IMG/VR virus record: IMGVR_UViG_3300046779_000230
Span: 23,562-87,561 of that record
Length of the DNA stretch: 64,000 nucleotides
Source: a virus
Taxonomy: Duplodnaviria > Heunggongvirae > Uroviricota > Caudoviricetes
Direction: 5' to 3' (one strand)
Notes under the pieces: generated by a model
Database searches by the model: none
What the model was told of the DNA's origin: nothing
Seen by the model: the letters and a program-made list of their open reading frames with translations, nothing else
Shown: positions 9,362 through 18,194 of the stretch, piece after piece
Position numbering within the stretch: the stretch's first letter is position 1
Layout: every line of letters begins with the position of its first letter
Made by a program: the position numbers and the translations under genes

Positions 9362-10785
9362 CTTACACCTATCATTCTCTTGTATTGTTGGAGTTTCATC
9401 TTGTTGATGGACGAAACATTGTATTTAGACTCTAGTTCATTATATCTCAGCTTTAAGATTTCGTCAATCTTAATTCCTAGATTTGCAACTGTCATGATTT
9501 GAAATTCTGCAATCTTGTTTATTGGGTCTCTACGAGACATTATAGAATTAGCGTACATGGAACATATAGTATAGTTAAGGTTCTGACTCTTTAATGTCCA
9601 TGTATTGTTGTCTGTTATTTCATATCCATAAATTTCTGGATTTAAACTAAATTCAGAACCATAGTCACCCTTGTTCTTTTTGAATAACATTAGTGGATAA
9701 ACACTTATATGGTCAACAGGATTATTTTTATCCATAATCCAATCATTGGTTTCTTCAAAATACTCTACGGTGTCATAAGGTAATCCATAGATCAAACCAA
9801 TACCTATGTTTACTTTACCATTCCACTTTTCTTTTAACCAAGACAATCTATCTTTGACTTTGTTCGGCGCGAGACTTTTACCAATGGCAATACCACTTTG
9901 CTTATTGAGCGTTTCAACTCCAAAGAAAGTGCCAACTAATCCAGCTTCTCGTAGCAAGTCAGCTTGATGTGGATACTTGTTTAACAAGTCTAGTCTAAGG
10001 TAACAAGAAAAGTTAATCTTGAAAGGCAGAGATGTGAACAGTTTGTGTATTGCTTCAATCTTGTCGTTGTCATCATTGAAGGTATCATCTGTTATGTAGT
10101 AGTTGGTACATCCAGTTGCTTCCCAAGTTTTTATCATGTCATCTCTGACTTCTTCGATGTCTCTTAAGTAAGTACCTTTCTTTTTACCAATCAAAGAATA
10201 CCCACAGAATTTACATTTGAAGATACACCCACGCGCCAACTCCAGCGGTAGAGACTCTCCGTCAAGAATAGAAAAGTCTTTTCTCCACCAATGAGTCTTG
10301 ATGTTATCCATCTTTGGCTCTGGGAATTGTTTGGAATCAAAAATCTTTGGTTGCTGTACACCATCTGCCACACCCTTTGTGTATTCAATGATAGCATCAT
10401 CTGCGTATCCTAGGATGTAAGTATCAATGCGATCATCAGAAGCCCACAAGGATCTAACACCACCATAGATCAACTGCACATTAAACTGTTTGATGTATTG
10501 AAATAGTTTGTCTACATCTGCTGGTGTCATGTGTGGAAATAGCGTTTGGTCTCCCCAGAAAAAGGTAGAAGAAAAACCAACCCATAATGTATTGTCACTG
10601 ATGTGAACACTCAATGCTTGTATGATTTCATCAACAGTAAAGTATTGAGTAAAGTCAATAACTCTAGATGTATAACCAGCGTTTTCAAGAGCAGAAGCTA
10701 TTCTGTAAGAACCCAAGTTTCTTTGGATCTGAGAATAGGTTTCTGGAGACGTTGGTCCAGCAGCAATAATAATGCAATCAATCAT
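9355..10785 (-). CDS. B12-binding-domain radical SAM enzyme (class B)
   Basis: ARGCIFKCKFCGY is the CxxxCxxC cluster in the arrangement typical of B12-binding radical SAM enzymes. The N-terminal 150 aa form a Rossmann-like domain. Length is 476 aa. Confidence 0.65.
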   Translation of the reverse strand: MIDCIIIAAGPTSPETYSQIQRNLGSYRIASALENAGYTSRVIDFTQYFTVDEIIQALSVHISDNTLWVGFSSTFFWGDQTLFPHMTPADVDKLFQYIKQFNVQLIYGGVRSLWASDDRIDTYILGYADDAIIEYTKGVADGVQQPKIFDSKQFPEPKMDNIKTHWWRKDFSILDGESLPLELARGCIFKCKFCGYSLIGKKKGTYLRDIEEVRDDMIKTWEATGCTNYYITDDTFNDDNDKIEAIHKLFTSLPFKINFSCYLRLDLLNKYPHQADLLREAGLVGTFFGVETLNKQSGIAIGKSLAPNKVKDRLSWLKEKWNGKVNIGIGLIYGLPYDTVEYFEETNDWIMDKNNPVDHISVYPLMLFKKNKGDYGSEFSLNPEIYGYEITDNNTWTLKSQNLNYTICSMYANSIMSRRDPINKIAEFQIMTVANLGIKIDEILKLRYNELESKYNVSSINKMKLQQYKRMIGVRC

Positions 10786-11804
10786 TAAAAGAATTCTTCT
10801 AAACCAACTTGAACAGGTTTCTCATCATCAAACAACCACTCTAGGTTTTCCATCTTGCCACTACGTAAGAACAATGGAAACTTTTCTTTGTCAATACCAC
10901 GCTTGGAATCTAGACGCAAGTCAATAGTTTCGTTACGGGCTTGCCACATAACATTCCAATCAATACCATGCCAACCGTCGCCTTCGCATTTGATAATCTC
11001 TTCAGCTTGGCGATCAAGGTAGTAACCAAGATAACGCCCATGATTTTCTCTAAAGATTTTCTTAAAAGAACACAGGCATGTTTCCATGGTAAAGAAATCA
11101 ATTTGGTCTGTTAGATCTGGGAATCTTCTTCGCGTTTCTTCCAGAATGTCTCTGGCTTGTACTTCAAGAGATCCATACTCGCTTCCAGTGAGTTTTCTAT
11201 CATAATCGTCATCCTTGCCAAGGGCAAGTAGTAATCCATTACGATGAGAACGGGAACCATCATAATCGTCCAACATGAGAGAAGTAGGAGTAACAAGCAC
11301 ACCAGCAGTATGTTTAAGGTGCTGAAGATAAAACCAAGTGCTGTAACGCCCAAACTTATGCAAGCTGTTTTTAAGTACTGACCACAACGCATCAAAGTTT
11401 TGCGTCTCATTATCTCCGTAGTACGATTCGAGTGTTTCACGTTGATCTTTCTTTCCAATAAACTTTTGATACGATTCGAACATGGCAGGCAAGTGACCTT
11501 TGTTCCACTTTGTATCAGTTTGATATCTTAATCGCTTGTAGTTAGCAGTATTCCACTGCTCCATTCTATCAACAGTAGCCAACTCAAAGTCAGGAAACTC
11601 ATTCATTAGAATCCAAGCTGTTGGTAGATAGTATGTGTTACCATATAACCAACACAACCACAATCGTTGTTCATCGTTGTGTTCGTATCGCTCGTTCATG
11701 TAGTTGGTAGCCCAAACAGCTGGATCGCAGTCGTCATACTTTAACGACCATGCATACCAACGAATAAAGGCTTCACGTCGATTTTGTTTTAATCTATAAT
11801 CCAT
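10785..11804 (-). CDS. Hypothetical protein; candidate aGPT-Pplase-like DNA-modification transferase. Assigned by context only.
   Basis: 339-aa ORF inside the putative modification cluster. No motif is recognised by eye. Confidence 0.3.
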   Translation of the reverse strand: MDYRLKQNRREAFIRWYAWSLKYDDCDPAVWATNYMNERYEHNDEQRLWLCWLYGNTYYLPTAWILMNEFPDFELATVDRMEQWNTANYKRLRYQTDTKWNKGHLPAMFESYQKFIGKKDQRETLESYYGDNETQNFDALWSVLKNSLHKFGRYSTWFYLQHLKHTAGVLVTPTSLMLDDYDGSRSHRNGLLLALGKDDDYDRKLTGSEYGSLEVQARDILEETRRRFPDLTDQIDFFTMETCLCSFKKIFRENHGRYLGYYLDRQAEEIIKCEGDGWHGIDWNVMWQARNETIDLRLDSKRGIDKEKFPLFLRSGKMENLEWLFDDEKPVQVGLEEFF

Positions 11805-12445
11805 TATTTTAAAAAGTCTTCAAGAGATGGCTGATCCATCAGTGCATCTCGTAGCCATGCTTTACCAACTGTATCAATAGCAGCTTGAGTCTTTGCTTTC
11901 TTTTTGTCACCCCAAGTGTAAGACTCTAAACCTTCGCGACGGAATTGTTCACGAGCTTTTTGTGGTGGTAATGCTTGTAGTGGATTTACGATGGCGTTGT
12001 CTCTGTAAGCAATTTGCTCGGCACGTGTAGCGAATAGTGGTTGGTCACTGCGGAGTGAACCTGTTGGATCAACTGCCCAGAAGACCAAACCATTGCGTAT
12101 GTGCCAGCTGACAGAGGTTGGTGTACAAGAGATTTTAAGTCGTTGGACTTTTCGTTCTTCAACTGCATATTTGATCCAAGAGTCCCAGCACTTTGACGCA
12201 TATCCCTTTCCTTCTTTACCTTCAACTGTAACGATTTCATACAGGTTTGCATAGCCATCTCGATTGAATGTGGCAAAGATTAAAGAGACAACTTCACCGT
12301 TGTCTTCGAATGCCATTGGCAGATTCTTTTCATAATTATGAAAGCGAGTCCATAATGAATGTGCAGCCGATAAGAACTTGGTGTTCTTACCAGCTGGACT
12401 TGAATCAATAATTTGTTGAACTTTAGTTGAGTTAATGAATATCAT
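11804..12445 (-). CDS. Hypothetical protein, possibly GNAT-like
   Basis: EGKGYASKCWDSWIKYAVEE weakly resembles the GNAT acetyl-CoA-binding motif A. Confidence 0.3.
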   Translation of the reverse strand: MIFINSTKVQQIIDSSPAGKNTKFLSAAHSLWTRFHNYEKNLPMAFEDNGEVVSLIFATFNRDGYANLYEIVTVEGKEGKGYASKCWDSWIKYAVEERKVQRLKISCTPTSVSWHIRNGLVFWAVDPTGSLRSDQPLFATRAEQIAYRDNAIVNPLQALPPQKAREQFRREGLESYTWGDKKKAKTQAAIDTVGKAWLRDALMDQPSLEDFLK

Positions 12446-13142
12446 GTTGATAATCTACAGCGCTTTTAATAGAGACTGCACGCAATTCCATTTTCAAGTC
12501 GCCATCAAGTTTAATGTATGTATTCATTGGAACTTCCATAGTTGGAAGAAACAATCCAGCACGTTGTGGAATATCGGCAGTAGAAGTAATTATACTACCA
12601 TTAGTCATTGTAGTCAAATATAATGGTCGTTTGCCATTACGGTAAACAGTTACCTCTTTGGTAGATGCAATAAGTTGACAAACAGCCATGGACATATTAC
12701 TGAACTCTTCTAGTGGACTTTTTGCGTGTAGCACCAATTCACTGTCGTTCTTTGTTTCAGTTTTATAACCGTACAACTCTTGCCACTTTTCTGGCAGTTC
12801 TTGGGTAATAACACCATTGTGAACAATAGCAACATTATCGTTACCCAACGGTTGGTTATATTCCAAGTCGCTAGTTGAATAACGGCAGTGTCCAATCATA
12901 TACAAGTTTCCATCTTCATTCAAGAATGATTTGAAGTTATCATTATGCATGTGTTTCTCAACGAATTGATCAGCTGGGATCGCTTCTTTGATTGTAACAA
13001 GGTTACCTTTATTCCAAGCAGGAATAAAAGAAATACCAGTGGCGTGCAAACCACGAATCTTTGATTCAACGAATACACGTTTTAAGGATTCAAAATCCTT
13101 CAGAGAAGGATTCTGTATAACTGCTCCGATAACGGCACACAT
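12432..13142 (-). CDS. Class-II (Ntn) glutamine amidotransferase domain protein, stand-alone
   Basis: N-terminal MCAVIGAV with the nucleophilic Cys2, then IGHCRYSTSD...NQPLGNDNVAIVHNGVITQEL. This parallels PurF/AsnB (GHVRYPTAG...LAHNGNLTN). Confidence 0.6.
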   Translation of the reverse strand: MCAVIGAVIQNPSLKDFESLKRVFVESKIRGLHATGISFIPAWNKGNLVTIKEAIPADQFVEKHMHNDNFKSFLNEDGNLYMIGHCRYSTSDLEYNQPLGNDNVAIVHNGVITQELPEKWQELYGYKTETKNDSELVLHAKSPLEEFSNMSMAVCQLIASTKEVTVYRNGKRPLYLTTMTNGSIITSTADIPQRAGLFLPTMEVPMNTYIKLDGDLKMELRAVSIKSAVDYQHDIH

Positions 13143-14536
13143 TAGAAGAAACTTTCAAGTGAATTAGATTTATCTGACTCTGGGTGATACTTCAACAACA
13201 CTTCTGCGCCAAGTTTTTTCTCGCAGTAGTCATACCACTCTTGACTTTCCCACATACCAGCAGAAACACCATTCCAAAGATGACGCTCAGAGCCGTCTTC
13301 GTTTCGGTGACCTGCATGCTCTTTGTTCAAACGACGAGATTCAACAAACTCATAACGGCAGTCTTCATACTCTTTTGAACCAAGTTCAAGCATCTTTTCA
13401 CGGAAATAACAAACCAGTGAAATACGTTCGGCTTCTTCATCCAACAATTCAATTGGAGTGTTACCGTGCATAACTTCGTGGTTGTTGATCAACAGCAAGT
13501 CGCCTGGACGTACATTGACAGCAACGCGATACTCTGGAGCAATTAGATAACCACCCTTGTAATTGCCGTTGTTAGAAAGAACCAACAAGTTAGAAAGACC
13601 ACTATTCAAGTCGCCTGCATCAAAGTGTGCTGCAGTACGGAATGTTTTGTTAACAGTGATTGTAGTGAATGGAGTTTCTGGAACCAAGAATTGTGGATCA
13701 AGTTTCTTGGCAGCTTCCATTTGATTATTGTAACGCCATGGCATCAACTCTTTAAAACCTTTGGCAAGAGTCTGTAGGAATGGGAATGCCATCTCAAACT
13801 TCTCACGATTCTTTTCAGTATAAGAAGTTGCACGACCATAAGGGATACGTGGGTAACGATCAAACCAACCAGCAATACCAGAGAACACACCGTTGGCATA
13901 AGTTGTTTGACAAACATATTTCTGCACAACACGCTTGGCTTCGGCACGTTGTTCATCCAAACTCAATTTACGAGTACGCTCAACCCACTCATCAAAAGTG
14001 AAATTGTCCTTTTTAACCGCCTGAATACTCCAAACATTGTTCTTATTAGAAGGCTGTTCTTTCTTGTTGGCGTGTTGACGCTTTAGTTCTTCGATTGGAT
14101 CTTCACCAAAGATGTTGGCTTTGGGATTAGAAAAGTAATCAATCACATCGTACTCATACTCAGTGACCCACTCTCTGTTACCCAACTTGTCTTTTCGTGG
14201 ACCAGCTGCGATGCCACGGTTTTGAGTCTCAACAGCTGCTTCACGTAGCCCAACATATGCAGCCAACTGTTCTTCTTTTGAGAAGAAGTTCTTACGGAAC
14301 TTAAATGCAATACGCATTTCATCCGTACCTTTAGGGCAGCTGGAGCAGTCTTTGTCTGTGTCGCAAGATGCTTGTTGAGCGATATCGCAGTTTACTGGCA
14401 TGTAAACGTCGGCGTCATAATCAACTAGAATATCGTAATGTGATTCGTCTACAAACTGACCCAGAAGATGAGAACAGTCGTGCTTTTTATCAGCCACGAT
14501 AATTTTAACATTTCTACCTTCATCTATTTTACTCAT
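13142..14536 (-). CDS. 2OG-Fe(II) dioxygenase domain protein (TET/JBP-like candidate) with an N-terminal Cys-rich region
   Basis: HxD at AAHFDAGD, a distal His at NNHEVMHGNTP, and an RxS pair at ERISLV. This is the HxD...H...RxS facial triad with a 2-oxoglutarate-binding Arg. Confidence 0.55.
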   Translation of the reverse strand: MSKIDEGRNVKIIVADKKHDCSHLLGQFVDESHYDILVDYDADVYMPVNCDIAQQASCDTDKDCSSCPKGTDEMRIAFKFRKNFFSKEEQLAAYVGLREAAVETQNRGIAAGPRKDKLGNREWVTEYEYDVIDYFSNPKANIFGEDPIEELKRQHANKKEQPSNKNNVWSIQAVKKDNFTFDEWVERTRKLSLDEQRAEAKRVVQKYVCQTTYANGVFSGIAGWFDRYPRIPYGRATSYTEKNREKFEMAFPFLQTLAKGFKELMPWRYNNQMEAAKKLDPQFLVPETPFTTITVNKTFRTAAHFDAGDLNSGLSNLLVLSNNGNYKGGYLIAPEYRVAVNVRPGDLLLINNHEVMHGNTPIELLDEEAERISLVCYFREKMLELGSKEYEDCRYEFVESRRLNKEHAGHRNEDGSERHLWNGVSAGMWESQEWYDYCEKKLGAEVLLKYHPESDKSNSLESFF

Positions 14537-14547
14537 TTATCTTCTCC

Positions 14548-15954
14548 TTAAAACTTGAAACTGTCGTAATTGTCTTCTCTATGTATTCGTTTACCAAAAG
14601 AGCTTTTATCAAAAACAGGTCCATCATCCTTTTCCTGTCCAGAATCTGACAATCCTTGCTGTGCAGATTCTTCAACATCATATAACTTCATCTTGGAACG
14701 ATCGATACCAACTACGAATCGTTTATAGAAGCTAGGGTCATTATAACGGTTCTTCAATTGCTTGACGATAATCTGATTCAAGGCTTCTAACTCTTCGTTT
14801 GATACCAACGCAAACATAAAGTCGGCAGTGGCAGGTAGACCAAACGATTCAGATGTATCTTCAAGACCTGGGTCTGAATTGGAATAACCAGAACGAGTAG
14901 TTTGTGTAGCCGAAAGAATCGGAACATTATACTCAACAGCTAATCCACGTAGTTCTTCTGCAATGCTCTTGATATATGTATAAGAGTTTACAGAACCACC
15001 TTGCTTCATACGCTGAGACGCACAAATGTTCAAATAGTCAATCATAATAATATCAGGGGCGAAATCTCGTTTAAGTTTCAGTTCTTCCAACAGCGCTCTA
15101 AAGTGACCAGCATGAGCACTTGCAGTTGGATATTCTTTGATGATCAGTTTACCTTTGGTCTTGTTGGCAATCTTTTGAAGACGATTATCAAAGATGTCTT
15201 TATCAACAACCTTCAATTCATCCATTGTCAAGTTCAACAAGTTGGCATCGATACGTTCAGCGATACGTTCTTCAGCCATTTCCATGGTAATGTAAAGCAC
15301 ATTACGCCCTTGGGTCAAACATCCAGCAGCCACGTGACACATGAACAATGATTTACCAACACCAGTACCAGCCAGTGCAATGTTTAGAGTTTTCTTGGAC
15401 AGACCACCTTTAGTGATCTTATTGAACATCTCTAAGTCAAAGGCAATCTTTTCTTCAACGCGATGGTAGTAATCAAAACGTGCATCATGATCTCCCAAGT
15501 AATCGTGACCAACGTGACTGTCAAAACAAACAGACAACGCTTCTGAAAGGATACTTGGGATAGCGTCTTGTGTGTGTTGCTTGTCTCTGCCGTCAATAAT
15601 TTTGATTGAATCAACAATCGCGTTATAGACAGCTTTGTCTTTACAAAACTTTTCTGTGTTAGTGACTAACCAATCACTGTTGATTGGAGCTTGTGCTAAT
15701 CCATCAATGACTTCGTTAATCTCAACCAATTCTTTATCGATAAGATCAGTACGGTTACTGACCTCAATGGACAAGATTTCTTTGGTTGCTGGTTTATTAT
15801 ATTTGTTAAAGAATTCGATAATCTCTGAAATGATCACCGACTCTTTTCTGTCGGCAAAGTAACTCTTCTTAAGGAATGGAATTACTTTGCGACAGTACTG
15901 TTCATCATAAATTAAATTTGCTAGAATCGTCTGTTCAATTCTCATCAATACCAC
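14548..15954 (-). CDS. 41: Replicative DNA helicase, DnaB / T4 gp41 family
   Basis: RecA-like Walker A motif ALAGTGVGKSLFMCHVAAG. Length 468 aa against 475 aa for T4 gp41. Position next to uvsX is as in T4. Confidence 0.85.
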   Translation of the reverse strand: MVLMRIEQTILANLIYDEQYCRKVIPFLKKSYFADRKESVIISEIIEFFNKYNKPATKEILSIEVSNRTDLIDKELVEINEVIDGLAQAPINSDWLVTNTEKFCKDKAVYNAIVDSIKIIDGRDKQHTQDAIPSILSEALSVCFDSHVGHDYLGDHDARFDYYHRVEEKIAFDLEMFNKITKGGLSKKTLNIALAGTGVGKSLFMCHVAAGCLTQGRNVLYITMEMAEERIAERIDANLLNLTMDELKVVDKDIFDNRLQKIANKTKGKLIIKEYPTASAHAGHFRALLEELKLKRDFAPDIIMIDYLNICASQRMKQGGSVNSYTYIKSIAEELRGLAVEYNVPILSATQTTRSGYSNSDPGLEDTSESFGLPATADFMFALVSNEELEALNQIIVKQLKNRYNDPSFYKRFVVGIDRSKMKLYDVEESAQQGLSDSGQEKDDGPVFDKSSFGKRIHREDNYDSFKF

Positions 15955-16237
15955 CAGTATATGAAATACTATTATTCTGTAATTCTTCGAGAATAATAAA
16001 TTTCAGTAGTTCACCGATGTACATTTCAAATTCTTCGGTCTTATAAGTGACGCCAGCATCTTCATGTACATCATACTCAAAGTTCATCTTGCAAGTGTCA
16101 TCAACACCATCGTTGATTTCCTCAAATGAAACTTTCCCATAAGAGAAAATTATACCTGAGAATGGACCAGAGGTCAACTTAACTGCCTCTACTCCACTCT
16201 TGCGAGACTCTACAACAATGTAAGGTTTGTCACTCAT
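15935..16237 (-). CDS. Hypothetical protein
   Basis: 100-aa ORF between uvsX and the helicase, the position of gene 40 in T4. Confidence 0.4.
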   Translation of the reverse strand: MSDKPYIVVESRKSGVEAVKLTSGPFSGIIFSYGKVSFEEINDGVDDTCKMNFEYDVHEDAGVTYKTEEFEMYIGELLKFIILEELQNNSISYTGGIDEN

Positions 16238-17300
16238 CGAATTCTAGTTCTTCTAATGCTTTGTCAAGGTCTTCGCTTTGTACCATATCGACTGTGCCGA
16301 TAGAGTATTTGTCCTTCACAAAATCATAGAAAGACTTTTGCTGCAAGATAGGTAGCCAGAAGTCTTTGGTATCTGTATCCTTGATGCGATACTTCTTGTC
16401 TTCAATGACACCAGTTTCTAAATCTACCTTTGAATACCAACCATTGCTAGGCTTGACAACATGTCCTGACTCGAGTGCAAGATCAAGTAGACCGCTCCAC
16501 TTGCTAATGCCACCGTCAAAAGATACGGAAACAGGGATCTTAGATTTTTCTTTAACATGACGAGATTTTTCAACGTTGATAATAAAGTTGTAACCTACAA
16601 CTTCAGTGCCTTCTTTTTCTTGCTGGCGACCAAGGATATAAATGTTATCAGCAGAGTAGTATGAACCAGTGCCACCACCAACGATGTCTTTAGGATACAA
16701 ACCAATTTCTTTGTAGGTGTGGTTAACAACTACCATTGGAATGTCTTTAAGTGTCAAGTGTGGAGTAATCATTCGGAACAATGACTTCAACTGCTTGGCA
16801 CGACTCATGTCTGCAACAGACTTACCATCTAGGGCATCTTCAACTTCTTTCTTAGAAGCCAAGTTACCAATAGAGTCGATGATAATGATAACGTGTTCAC
16901 CACGTTCGATGTTTTGCAGCTGCTGCATGCAGTCAAACTTTAATTGTTCAATGTCGGTAATAGGAACATGAACAACTCTTTTAGTATTAATCCCAAAAGC
17001 GTCAAAGTAAGACTGAGGAGTACCAAACTCAGAATCATAAAAGAGAACAACAGCATCATCATATTTGTCCTGATATGCTTTTGCCATTAGCAAAGAGAAT
17101 GCAGTCTTAAAGTGCTTTGATGGACCAGCCCACATAGTAAGACCTGGAGTTAGACCACCATCAAGGCGACCAGCCAGCGCGACGTTAATGACTGGGATTG
17201 AAGTAGGAATCATATCCTTCTTCTTAAAGAACTTGGAATCCGATAGGATAGAAGTATCTTTGATTGTAGAATTCTTTCGGATTTTATCTAGAATACTCAT
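16230..17300 (-). CDS. uvsX: Recombinase UvsX (RecA family)
   Basis: VINVALAGRLDGGLTPGLTMWAGPSKHFKT matches the T4 UvsX N-terminal block (..GPSKSFKT). Confidence 0.85.
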   Translation of the reverse strand: MSILDKIRKNSTIKDTSILSDSKFFKKKDMIPTSIPVINVALAGRLDGGLTPGLTMWAGPSKHFKTAFSLLMAKAYQDKYDDAVVLFYDSEFGTPQSYFDAFGINTKRVVHVPITDIEQLKFDCMQQLQNIERGEHVIIIIDSIGNLASKKEVEDALDGKSVADMSRAKQLKSLFRMITPHLTLKDIPMVVVNHTYKEIGLYPKDIVGGGTGSYYSADNIYILGRQQEKEGTEVVGYNFIINVEKSRHVKEKSKIPVSVSFDGGISKWSGLLDLALESGHVVKPSNGWYSKVDLETGVIEDKKYRIKDTDTKDFWLPILQQKSFYDFVKDKYSIGTVDMVQSEDLDKALEELEFDE

Positions 17301-17554
17301 TATTCACCTTTAATGAAAGTCAGTAGAGCTTGTTCGTTCATATATCCAGAACGAGAGCGAATAGTTGCACCAGTGTCATCAACGATAACTACCATTGGTA
17401 CACCGCGAACATTATATTGTTTGGCGACTTCCATGTTCTGGTCGATGTCAATGTCTTCGATTGTGATATCAATCTTGTCGCCAGCTTCTTGAATGACACG
17501 TGACAGCATCTTGCAAGGTTGGCACCATTCGGCGTAAAATTTTAACATTTTCAT
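17300..17554 (-). CDS. Thioredoxin
   Basis: WCQPCK is the WCxPC active site. Length 84 aa. Confidence 0.8.
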   Translation of the reverse strand: MKMLKFYAEWCQPCKMLSRVIQEAGDKIDITIEDIDIDQNMEVAKQYNVRGVPMVVIVDDTGATIRSRSGYMNEQALLTFIKGE

Positions 17555-17577
17555 ATATTTTCTCCTAGTATTTTAGT

Positions 17578-17606
17578 ATTATACAGTATATTTTATTGTA
17601 AGGCAA
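17578..17606 (-). promoter_or_regulatory. Sigma70-type early promoter: TTGCCT, 17-nt spacer, TGTATAAT
   Basis: The minus strand reads aaTTGCCTtacaataaaatatactgTATAATac. A perfect -10 box sits 23 nt upstream of the thioredoxin ATG. Confidence 0.55.
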
Positions 17607-18194
17607 TTATGTTTTCTTAGAACGTGGCACATCGAACACGAATGTAACTCTGACATTATCACCAATGTTCTTTGCACCGTGTGGTAATTTATTGTTAAAC
17701 CAAAGCAAAGTTCCAGGCTCTACTGTAACAGATTCATCTCCCACAGTGTATATGTATCTTCCTTGAATTGAAAGATGATAGCGATCCTTTGTTCGGTAAT
17801 AATCACCGATGTCAATGTGTGTTCCAACTACACCACCAACTGGCAGTGATAAGAAACCACATCGACTGACTTTCTTGAAGTGTCGTTTGACAAAACCAAT
17901 AACTTCAGTGTGATGTTTGATTGCTGGAGTTGGAATGCACAGTTCGGTATCTCCAACATAATCATCTATGTTTTCAATACCACCCATAATTAACTGCAAC
18001 ACACCAGCTTGAACATCTGGGAATCCATACGTAAGCATGGACTTAACGCCATCAACTCGCGTTTGAATTCCCCAGTCTTCTGGATGTTGCTCCAACTGCG
18101 CCAAAATCTTTGACACATTGAGTCCAGTTTTGATTATCTTAATGTTATCCAAAGAAGTCTTCCAGTGAACTTTCTTCTTGCGTCTTCCAACCAA
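17607..18194 (-). CDS. Cupin-fold protein, possibly an Asp/Asn beta-hydroxylase-like 2OG oxygenase
   Basis: THIDIGDYY ... LLWFNNKLPHGAKN is a His/Asp pattern compatible with the AspH family. Overlaps the DNA polymerase start by 50 nt. Confidence 0.35.
   Translation of the reverse strand: MVGRRKKKVHWKTSLDNIKIIKTGLNVSKILAQLEQHPEDWGIQTRVDGVKSMLTYGFPDVQAGVLQLIMGGIENIDDYVGDTELCIPTPAIKHHTEVIGFVKRHFKKVSRCGFLSLPVGGVVGTHIDIGDYYRTKDRYHLSIQGRYIYTVGDESVTVEPGTLLWFNNKLPHGAKNIGDNVRVTFVFDVPRSKKT

Noticed and set aside
13142-14536. T4 gp61 primase for the ORF that follows the helicase
   Set aside because: The N-terminal Cys-rich region initially suggested a primase zinc ribbon. However, the C-terminus carries a clear 2OG-Fe(II) HxD...H...RxS triad and no TOPRIM E...DxD motif.
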